Assembly (NCBI RefSeq): GCF_964355755.1
Contig: NC_092680.1
Span: forward strand, 21,275,045 to 21,339,044
DNA from: Antedon mediterranea
Lineage: Eukaryota > Animalia > Echinodermata
Reading direction: 5' to 3'
Length of the DNA: 64,000 nucleotides
A program made the position numbers and the translations under genes. Within the stretch, counting starts at the first letter, position 1; each line of letters opens with the position of its first letter. Positions 1-9,818 of the stretch are shown here, piece after piece. The notes below the pieces were generated by a model. It made no database searches, was not told where the DNA came from, and worked only from the letters and a program-made list of their open reading frames with translations.

Positions 1-408
1 TTGTGTGGTATTTAGTAAAAAGGTTCACCTAAATCTATTTTATTGTATGTGTGATATGATTGTTTGTTGCACGATAACAATTCTCAAGTCCTGAATTGCC
101 TTTTTTAAAAACTTGTATAGGCCTAGATGTTATTTTATTAGCTATATCGTATACAATGGACCATGCGTGTTGATTTTCAGGAAAATTATGTCTCAAACAT
201 TTATTAAAATCTCGAGTTATCTATCTTCAATATGGACCGAAATATTACAAAACAATTTCAAACCCAAATTGAACATAAAACATGTTAAATAACTTTCATT
301 TTTTCAAAAGGTAGACCTACTCCAGATACTGTCTATCTTCAAATTGAAGAAATTGACTATGTTCATCAATCCAGTGTCTTGATCTTTCGTTTCCGTTTTA
401 TCTTGCAG

Positions 409-3400
409 TCATTCCACATGCCCTTCTCAGCACTCACTTTATTTATCACAGAGGACCAGGCAGAGAGGGATTCTGCTACCGCTTACAGTAAGTTACCTTT
501 TAGGCCTAATTCAATTAAAATTAAATTAATGGCTGCATAAATTGTGAACATTTGCATAGTACAATATCATTATTTCGATTCTATCACTCAAATAACGCTC
601 GTATTCAATTATGTTTCCAAAATGACACCTGTTTTGTGCAATTGTTTGAATCGAAGATATACTACACAATTTGCATTTGTATGTTATCTTTGCGCAGAGG
701 CGATATCGTAGCCAATGAGGTTTATCCGAGGCGTGATTATTGCTAGTTGAAAACTTATCCCAATACCCCGCACAAGAGACGTGAAATATCGTAACTTGAT
801 GCAATGTTTGAACGTTCTAACGAACGAATTATGAAATAAAAACAGAATTTTCAATTGTCAAATGTGTTTGGTACACTTTATCAATTGTTTACAAATACGC
901 CAAGATGTTGTTTAACTTCTTCTATTAACTTATTTAGGATTTTAATAACTGAATATTCTATCAAAAGTACAACCAGGGAAGAGTGACATTGTAATTTCCT
1001 TCTTCCCTGGTACAACACACGTTGATACGAAAAAAATATATGTTGATAAAGCTTACGTTCTGCCGATAGTACAATAGAAATCTTAACTTTCGAAAGACAT
1101 TTGTAAAACTAAATTTGAGTTGCTCTCGTACCTTTGTTGACAGTATCTTTTTTCTGCTGTATTTTGATATGAAATTAGATACAATTGTATCAACTATAGG
1201 GAAACCGATAAAGTTTATTTATTAACTTTAAACATGACATCATTCATGATGATACCATATTCAAGTTCACACAATGACACCTATATTGTGCAATTGTTTA
1301 AATAGAACATACTACACGATTAGTATTTGTACGTTATCTTTGCGCAGAGGCGATATCATAGCCAATGAGGTTTATCCGAGGCGTGATTATTGCTAGTTGA
1401 AAACTTATCCCAATACCCCGCACAAGAGACGTGAAATATCGTAACTTGATGCAATTTGTAAACGTTCTAGCGAACGAATAACGAAATAAAATCAGAAACT
1501 ATTCATGAAAAACTTGTCTTTTTAGGAATGGCAAGCGAGGTAGCAGGAACCTTACTTGGAAACATAATAATGGGCCAAACCGTGTTTATATACGTTAAGA
1601 ACTCGGGAGAATCAAGAGATTGTTCGGGAAATGCTACAGAAGTTCCACAGGAAATTATTGATGCTGAGGTAGAATAGAGATATCAAAAATAATCACTAAA
1701 TGTCTTTTTTTTGTATAAATTCTAAATAAAATGGTTCGTCAATCCCATAAAGGTTAAGACAATATGTACTAAGGTCAATGCGTACAAAGTCGATCTAATT
1801 TAAAACTAATTCAAGCTATCTCTCTCTGATACAATGTGAGGTGATTTTTTCAATTAATATAAGTGAAAACATTAAAATTATGCATAATAAAATGTAAAAC
1901 TTCCCTAAAAAATTATCAATATGTACTGTGGAATGAAGAAGCTTCAAATATACAGTGCTAATTGGTTTAAGCTACGTCGCAGAACTGCATGTCTTCTTTA
2001 CTATCAATTGAAATAAACGAAACTCGGTTACTTTGTAGATTAATGTTACATGCACTTGTTTCATTTCTTTCAGATAAAAGGGTATATGACTGGAGCTGGT
2101 ATAATATCCGGGTTGTTTTTAATTTGTGCAGTTATTGTTCTTGCTGGAACAACAGAAAGAAAACGTAAGTTAGTACTGTACTATTTGTTTTACTTCAGAG
2201 GCAAAATATCATTTTAATACAGTATGATGTAATGAAGTGTACATTTGTCAATGATAAATTCCACTAAAACCTTGTTTTTCATTACAGCAAACGAAAAGAT
2301 AACACAGAGAGAAGAACCTCTCCGTAAAGCTGTGGGGAAAGTCTTAACATTTGGACCGTACATTAAGCTCACTATGGCTTTCCTATTTTTCTCCTTATGC
2401 ATTCAGGTATGATCAATAGGCCTATCATCTGAAACAACTTAATAGTTTGTATTTATAATGTTTTGTGTGTTGGTTGTTTGGTAATAACATAATAGTGAAC
2501 TATTTTATATGGTAGTAACATAGAGAAATAAGTTATGATTTCAATATTGAGAGACTACACGGGATTAAAACGGGATTAACGGGATTAAAACGTAAATATA
2601 AATAATAAACATCAATATATAGACACTATAAACAGAGGTTATTTAAATATCAGATTTTAAAGGCCACTTGAAGACAATATTAACACTGTAGATCAAGTAT
2701 TAGACTGTAAAAGTGTATTTATTTGATACCAGATTGTCAAAGATTTTGTAAATCTGAGTTTAGTTGAAGTTTAATTCTAAAAATCTATTTGGATTTCCCG
2801 TATTGGGGAGGTGAGGAGAGGAAGAAAACAGTGGGAAGTGGTGTGTGTGTACATTATTACAAAGCAGGAAACAAGACAAACTATACTTGATTAATATTTG
2901 ATAATACTCAAAAAAAAAGGTATGTTCTATTGTTTTCCATTGTATTCTTTTTTTACAGTCAATACAAGGAAACCTTGCATTGTTCCTGAAATACTCACTG
3001 GGCGTGGACGACTACCAGTACGTCATTATAGCTATTCTCGTAAGTATTGTCAAAGTCACTAAAACGTGGTTAAGTTTAAAAAAAATAAAACAAATATAAT
3101 AATGACCCATTGTTAATAATTAGTTTAAATTATGGATATTTGAAATGAATGAAATATTAAGGCGTGCAATCATTTTAAATTCGTGTTGCATGTTTTAATC
3201 TTTATTTCTAAAAACGACACTTATATTTTGCGATTATCTCTATAGAACATATACTACACAATTTGTGTTTGTAAAGTATCTTTGCGCAGAGGCGATATCA
3301 TAGCCAATGAGGTTTATCCGAGGCGTGATTATTGCTAGTTGAAAACTTATCCCAATACCCCGCACAAGAGACGTGAAATATCGTAACTTGATGCAATTTG

Positions 3401-6234
3401 TGAACGTTCTGACGAACGAATAATGAAATAAAAACAGAATTTTCAATTTAAAAATGTGATTGATACATATTACCGATATGTTTACGCAAATACTAAGATA
3501 TTGTTATACATTTGGAAATTCAACTGCGGTGAAAATGATCATTTTTTAATGATCTAGTTTGAAGTGTAATCTTAATTTAGCTCTGCTCGGCAGCCCGCCC
3601 TGCGTCATTTTTGCATGCTCTTTTTTCGTGTAAATGTTTGCAGAAATGGCGTCTCATGGTAGGAATTTCTTATTACAAAAAAGGACATGAAATATCGTAA
3701 CTTGATGCAATTTGTAAAAGTTGTAACGAACAAAAAAATCATTATTTTGTTCGAAATACATATTTATGCGAAAAAGTATGTTGAGTTACGTTTTACAGTA
3801 ACAGAAAAGATTCAACCGTACAAACAGAAACTATTTTTTTTTTCTAAATTCTTTATTCTTAATAGCTGGATATCCAATAATTATTTAAATAACAATGAAC
3901 TTAACCATTACATACATTCATGATGATAGATCAATGTGTTCAAGTTCATAAAATGACACTTATATTGTGCTATTGTTTGAATCGAACATATACTACACAA
4001 TTTGCATTTGTAAGGTATCTTTGCGCAGAGGCGATATCATAGCCAATGAGGTTTATCCGAGGCGTGATTATTGCTAGTTGAAAACTTATCCCAATACCCC
4101 GCACAAGAGACGTGAAATATCGTCTCTTGATGCAATTTGTGAACGTTTTGACGAACGAATTATGAAATAAAAACAGAACCTGTTCTATAATAACTTCTAT
4201 TTGCATATTTGCAGGTGTCTGCGTTTCTTTCAATGCCCATATGGCAACATGTGCTTTTAAGATATGGAAAGAAGAAAGCATTAGCGATTGGAATGACGGT
4301 AATGTTTTGAATATAATATATGTTCTTTGATAAAACCCTAAAAAATCTAAATAATGTTCTATACGTGAATCATCACCCAGGCTAATAACTATACAGTAGT
4401 ATATACCATTAACAAAATAAAAACGTACAGATGATAAAAAGTAAACTTTTTTAGATTATGAACGTTGATTTTATATTTTCTTCTTGCGTCGTGTTTGTTG
4501 ATTTGTATTATATTTCGTACAATGTATCTTTTGTCTGAATATATAATTATAAATCTCTATGTATTATTATTATTATTATTATTCTAGGGTACATTTCCAG
4601 TGCTGATCACATGGGCGTTTCTGCCAGAAGGCACTCTTTGGGCAGTGTATGTTTTATCTATTGTGGCGGGAAACTGTATATCTGTAGCACAACTTCTTCC
4701 ATGGTAAGACAACTTGCTATGCATGGTCTCAACGTGGTTGCTATGCATGGTCTCAACGTGGTTGCTATGCATGGTCTCAACGTGGTTGCTATGCATGGTC
4801 TCAACGTGGTTGCTATGCATGGTCTCAACGTGCTTGCTTTTATCATGCTTTCTTTGTATAATATATTGTTTCATTTTTTGTATCCAATGTTTTTTTACCG
4901 TTTGTTTACTGGGATATATCGGCAGTGAGCGCAGAATCGTTAAACGGGACCTTATCATAATTATGACTCCTGGTTATTTGTTCATTGGTGACCAATATTA
5001 TCAAATGTTATCATTATTTAATTGTTTCAATCGAAGAACGAATCGTCGCCACTAAAATACTACCGTATGCTTAGGATAAAAACATAAAAACCGAAAACAT
5101 TACCTATTTATTGGTGATTCTCAGTTACTAATATTGTGCTAAACTATTTTACCTTTGTCTTTAGGTCCATGATTCCAGATGTAATTGATGACTTTGTATT
5201 GAAAACTGGTGAAAGCTATGAAACTATATTTTACTCATTTTACGTAATGTTTACAAAGTTTGCCGCTGGATTATCATTGAGTCTATCAACACTTTTGTTG
5301 GGGTAACTATAATAATAATAATAACTATAATAATAATAACTATAATAATAATAATAACTATAATAATAATAATAACTATAATTAAAACTATTCCTTCACA
5401 TACAGGGAGTCACAGACAGGTGGTTTGGTTCACGACAAAAGAAAGTGTTTTACGTATAATGGGAATTTAAAATGTCGAAAATAAAAACCGACTAGGCCTA
5501 TCTATAGTTGAGTTTTTATAGTATAGGCGTTAATAGAGATATTAAAATCGTGAACCTGATATATATTTTCTAGTACACAAAAACCAGTAATATTAATATA
5601 TTATGTTTAGGCCTACCATAATTTTGTTTTGCTAGAGTTGCAGGGTATAAAACTGGATCATGCGACCAGCCAGAGTCAGTTAGTAAAACTCTTCGGTTGC
5701 TGGTAACGGCATTACCTGCTGGTTGTGTGTTAATAGGATTTGTATTTCTATGGTCGTATCCGATAACGGAAGAAGTACGGTTAAAGAACAAGACAATTAT
5801 GGAAATTTGGAGGTATGTATGTTGCTGTTACTCTAGCATTGTACTGGCTTGAATCCTTTACGTTGTACCTTGTTGTATGAATAACGATACTATCGTATCG
5901 TATATTTTAGGATCCTTCAAATATTTTTGAGAAAGTTGGAATAAAGTTTGGTTCTCTCAATTCTGGACGCAACGCACACATTGACCAATCAAAGTTGATG
6001 GATTGACTAAGGTTGCGTACTAGTGGAAACTAAAATATGAAATCCTTTCTTTGATGAATAAAAAAGTTCAAAAATATTTGTGTTTTAACTCAAAAGATAC
6101 ATTTCTTTCATATATGTTTTTGTTTATACTGCAGGGATGGTCGAGATGATAAGAGGCGAGTTACAGTAAGAAAGGCAACCATGTCGCGGTCTAGGACTCG
6201 GTCATACCGCACTCCATCCACAACACTCATGTAA
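409..6234 (+). CDS. MFSD2A: MFSD2A/B-like sodium-dependent lysophospholipid symporter (MFS, MelB-like), 5'-partial; 10 coding exons
   Basis: Exons 409-487, 1526-1668, 2074-2164, 2288-2406, 2959-3039, 4215-4298, 4588-4703, 5165-5302, 5636-5812, 6135-6234 (TAA). All have GT-AG boundaries with consistent phases (375 aa + stop). Peptides SFHMPFSALTLFITEDQAERDSATAYRM, GPYIKL, LLPWSMIPDVIDDF, ETIFYSFYVMFTKFAAG and YPITEE match recalled MFSD2 motifs. N-terminal exons lie upstream of the window; A vs B paralogue not resolvable. Confidence 0.93.
686..826 (+). ncRNA. U4: U4 spliceosomal snRNA, copy 1 (intronic; Sm site variant AATGTTTG)
   Basis: ATCTTTGCGCAGAGGC (U6 stem II), k-turn 5' stem-loop GCCAATGAGGTTTATCCGAGGC, stem I TGCTAGTT, GAAAACTTATCCCAATACCCCGC, central stem-loop, terminal hairpin CGTTC-TAAC-GAACG; 141 nt. 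Confidence 0.93.
1274..1296 (+). promoter_or_regulatory. Putative snRNA proximal sequence element (PSE); homologous blocks start at 622, 1274, 3214, 3953
   Basis: Block A(T/C)GACAC(C/T)T..(A/T/-)TTGTGC-like conserved at -62 to -64 of all four U4 copies, the position where Pol II snRNA PSEs sit; function inferred from position and conservation. Confidence 0.6.
1336..1476 (+). ncRNA. U4: U4 spliceosomal snRNA, copy 2 (intronic; Sm site AATTTGTAA)
   Basis: Same U4 landmarks as copy 1; terminal hairpin CGTTC-TAGC-GAACG; ends 49 nt before MFSD2 exon 1526. Confidence 0.93.
3278..3418 (+). ncRNA. U4: U4 spliceosomal snRNA, copy 3 (intronic; Sm site AATTTGTG)
   Basis: Same U4 landmarks; terminal hairpin CGTTC-TGAC-GAACG. 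Confidence 0.94.
3683..3731 (+). pseudogene. U4 snRNA 3' fragment
   Basis: GACATGAAATATCGTAACTTGATGCAATTTGTAAAAGTTGTAACGAAC matches the last ~48 nt of the neighbouring U4 copies; the 5' two-thirds are missing and the terminal hairpin is degraded. Confidence 0.8.
4017..4157 (+). ncRNA. U4: U4 spliceosomal snRNA, copy 4 (intronic; perfect central stem, Sm site AATTTGTG)
   Basis: Same U4 landmarks; central stem CAAGAGACG/CGTCTCTTG perfectly paired; ends 57 nt before MFSD2 exon 4215. Confidence 0.95.
4714..4838. repeat. 24-bp minisatellite, ~5 copies
   Basis: Unit TTGCTATGCATGGTCTCAACGTGG, starting 10 nt into an MFSD2 intron. Confidence 0.95.
5304..5382. repeat. Interrupted (AAT)n microsatellite
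   Basis: ACTATAATAATAATAATA-type units directly after the donor at 5303. Confidence 0.9.
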
Positions 6235-7063
6235 AAACCAACTCACTCCTACTCTAGGGTTAGGGTTAAAGAAATAAATAATAGATAAACAAGTTACATT
6301 ATAATATATCGAGTTGTATTTCTTCTGTTTGGTTTGTCTAGGCCTACACATCGACAGCCAGTAACATGAGCCTCTAGGCCTACAGATCTTGTATTATCAA
6401 ATCATGTATATATATCGAAATGTTGTAAAAAGCGAAATGTATAAGAATAAAAAAATCCAATACTCGTCTCTGGCGCTGTCATAAAGAAATCAGTGAGTTT
6501 TTAGAATTGACTTGAAACTTTGATGATGATTAAAACAGTGCAAGGTATCCGATGTCGACATTTCAACTTTATTTTAAAGATTTGATTTTTAACTTAATAT
6601 TTTACACTTTCTAGATGTCACTTTTATCATTATAAGAATTGCTATAGAATTACATGTTGATTTTGTATTATTAAAATTGTTAAAAAGAGTATAGAATATT
6701 CATAAATGTTATTATTTTAAAGATTAAAAAATACATAAATCCATCTAGTTCGATACGTCTCTACATATATTATTTGATTTCGATATTTTTATCATTTGCT
6801 AAAATTGGTACTGTACAATTTCACAAAGAGTTTAGGCCAAATGAATGTTGAGATTCATTTTTAACAAACCAATTGCAATACAAATTTATACACATTTTGT
6901 TTTACACGGAAATTACTATATTATCTGTAAATTAAACAGACTGACCTCTTGGGTGAAAAAAAACCAGGTGAACATTTACACGAGTTGAATAATACAATTA
7001 ACATTAAAGAGTAGCTAGCTCTGAATTTAACATTTCTATTGTTTATGACAAACTAAACCTTTG

Positions 7064-7304
7064 CAGCAACAACCCCACTTAGTATACCTATACGCGTCGT
7101 CAGCGCAACAACGCCACTTAGTATACCTATACGCGTCGTCAGCGCAACAACCCCACTTAGTATACCTATACGCGTCGTCAGCGCAACAACGCCACTTAGT
7201 ATACTTATTATACGCGTCGTCAGCGCAACAACCCCACTTAGTATACTTATACGCGTCGTCAGCGCAACAACCCCACTTAGTATACTTATACGCGTCGTCA
7301 GCGC
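7064..7304. repeat. 39-bp minisatellite, ~6 copies
   Basis: Unit CAACAACCCCACTTAGTATACCTATACGCGTCGTCAGCG with small variants; lies downstream of the LITAF stop codon. Confidence 0.95.
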
Positions 7305-7497
7305 GGTAAAGCATTAATAAACGTTGTGAAATTTTCTTTAAAACGTGGTGCGCGCACATGAATTTTTTGTAACATTTATAATAAACATTAGGAATGTTAT
7401 GCCCGGAGCTGCCCTTTAAGAAAAGGAAACGCTACATTATAACTACTTCATTGCATTCTTGAGCTCCGTGTTAAAGTAATAGGTTGTTGTTGGCTAT

Positions 7498-9818
7498 TCA
7501 CATTTTGTTATGTCGGCCCAAGAGTGTCTTGCAGTTTGGACATCTGTGTGATACGTCTTTAAGACCATCGATAAACAATGGAACGAGGCAGCAGCAGAAG
7601 ATCCATAATCTGGAATTAAAATGATCACAATTGGGTGAAATTAAATACGTATACCGTACGAGAGTGATGTGATACTTTGTTATTGTTTTTTTCTGTTCTT
7701 GTATATCTCAGAGAAAACATAATTTCTATGTTTTTTTATGTATACAACAACATTTATTCAATATTCAATATTTTACAAAGTTTATGGGTTAAGATACACA
7801 GAAGCCAAAGTGGCTTGTCTTTGTAGTCCTAAGCATAAACATAAAACATATTATACGGACGCATTACATTAACAAAAAATGACATTTTGAGACAGAAAAA
7901 AAAAAAAAAACACAAACACAACAAAGTGATATTAAGCTAAATGTTTACAACCCCAATTTTGCAGTAGCAATAGTAGCTAGCAATATGTTTCAAATATCAT
8001 CTTTTTAATATTGTACTTCAGCATAGGGAGTGAGGTCATGTGATTTTGGAATGTATATATGTATATTGTATATGCAAATGAAAATAAATGGAAGTAAGTT
8101 CCATTGATGAATGAATGAATGAATGAATGAATGAACCGTAAAAGTCTATGGCTTCCTAAATAATAATGGATGCTTTTACATTTGATTGCCATGTAACTTA
8201 ACCAGTGTAATGGATAACCATGTTATGTAAAGGCATGTGTGCAGGTTCAGCATGTGTTTCCACAAAGAAAAGTATAAAGAAAAGTTGAGTGTGTCTGCAC
8301 GTTTCGGTTGATGCTACAATTTATTTTAATGATACTCCACCAAGAAAACTAGTCCACAAGAAGACTGTTTGTAGCATAACAGTAGGCCTACAGTCTGGAA
8401 AAATCTGAATAATTTTTGCAAAAATAGGACGAAAATTTATATAAGTCAATCCTAGGTCATATCGAAAGATTCTGTGTAAATAACGAAAGTAATACTTTAC
8501 CCCATTAATATCAGAATGATAACACAGAGGTAAACAAGACCACCATTACTATACTCGACCTCTGTCAAGATGTTGCTCTGACAGTGTGGACATTTCATCT
8601 GCATAGGATAATCACAAAACGCTCCAACTACATATTGCTGAGCTGAAGAACAAAGAAAGAGGAAAAAGGAAAAGTCAGGGCGAAATGGCAAGAAGCTTCC
8701 TACTTTCTAGGAGTGTTATTTATCAGATAGTCTGTATAATTTTGACAACTCTTGTAACATTACACCAGTGCTAATTTTGCCATTTTCCCCCTAAGAGGAT
8801 TGGATATGAAGATTACGTCATCACACATCAATAATAATTATTATATAAAAGTTAAAATCACAGCTTTAATCTATTGATTCAGTAAGGGGATTGTTTGTAT
8901 TTTTTTTTAATTCTGGAAAATAAATAATTGAATTGAGGGGCAACCAATCTAAGGCGATAAATGGCTTAAATCTTCCAAATACCCACTCTTCGACTAGCTT
9001 TTTTCATTTATTATGACCAAAAATAGTCTTATACACCCTTCATTGGCAGCGGATATTATGAAAAAGGAGATATATATCACTATTGAAAGTGAGCCCCTAT
9101 TCGAGGGATATTCCTACTCTAATGCTTGGTTCCCACTGCAGAGGCAACATAACGTAATGTAAGCAATTTGACCAATCTTGTGTCGTGCGCACGTCCTTGC
9201 GTTGCGTCCTAGTGAGGGAACCAAGCTTTTGGTTTGGATGATCCTACTGATTATGCGCTCAATAACAATGCTCTGGATCTTACTTGGTGGTGCTGTGTTT
9301 CTTATGTTATAAGTAGACTCTTCATAGGTTGGTGGTGGAGGTGGCATAACAAAGTTCGTTTGTTTATTATAATCCACGGTATTAGCCCCTGGGCCAGTAG
9401 CTCCGTAACCGGTGTATTGTGGGGCTGTATAACTAGGTGGAAGTTGACTCTGAGTTGGAGCAGACGGCACATTGGTTGTTGGTGGTGGGCAGGTTGGAGG
9501 TGGGCCAGGAGTTTGGGTAAATGACACTGAACCAGATGGATCAATCGGATACGGAAGGTTTGTAGTTGTTGATTGTCCAGTAATGTCGGTGTCCATTTGT
9601 CCATCAGTCGGATAAGGAAGTTGAGACTGAGTTAAAGACATTTCAGGCGGCTGGTCAAGAACTACATTGGGTACTCCTTCTGGAGGCAGTGATGGTACAA
9701 CACTGGGAGGTGCTAGAAGAGGGGACGTCTCGGGGAGTGAACTAGGAGTCTGATGGGCAGTGACTGGTACTGGGACTGTATTCAAAACGTCCGATGAGTT
9801 AGCGCTTTCATCGGCCAT
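7498..9818 (-). CDS. LITAF: LITAF/CDIP1-family zinc-ribbon membrane protein (262 aa); 3 coding exons
   Basis: Exons 9818-9284, 8642-8501, 7609-7498 (TGA), phases 1 and 2 consistent. Pro-rich N-terminus with PSAP, PPSY, PPTY; LITAF domain CPHC...hydrophobic stretch...CCCLVPLFIDGLKDVSHRCPNC. Confidence 0.93.
9121..9228. mobile_element. MITE family A (TIR ~AAGCTTGGTTCCCACTAG..ACGCAACGCAAGGACGT)
   Basis: Inverted termini GCTTGGTTCCCACT / AGTGAGGGAACCAAGC. Related full or partial copies near 5943-6033, 10816-10862, 22275-22503, 32953-33164, 36196-36330, 46753-46900, 48234-48315. Confidence 0.75.

Noticed and set aside
1244-1476. TGATGA upstream of U4 copies 2 and 4 as a C/D snoRNA box C
   Set aside because: No consistently placed CTGA box D or terminal stem; the conserved block is fully explained as U4 plus promoter flank
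526-4281. Repeated minus-strand ORFs (e.g. ...RGIGISFQLAIITPRINLIGYDIASAQRY...) and other ORFs over the intronic repeats, suggesting a small protein family
   Set aside because: They overlap or are antisense translations of the U4 snRNA copies; conservation follows the RNA, not a reading frame
4584-5055. Overlapping ORFs with 8-aa repeats
   Set aside because: Products of the 24-bp intronic minisatellite being stop-free in several frames
6255-6268. TAGGGTTAGGGTTA telomere-like sequence
   Set aside because: Only about two units in a 3' UTR; too short to call an interstitial telomeric repeat
7036-7359. Cys-rich repetitive ORFs (YTKWGCCADDA) resembling a neuropeptide or toxin precursor
   Set aside because: Derived from a 39-bp minisatellite; no signal peptide or splice support
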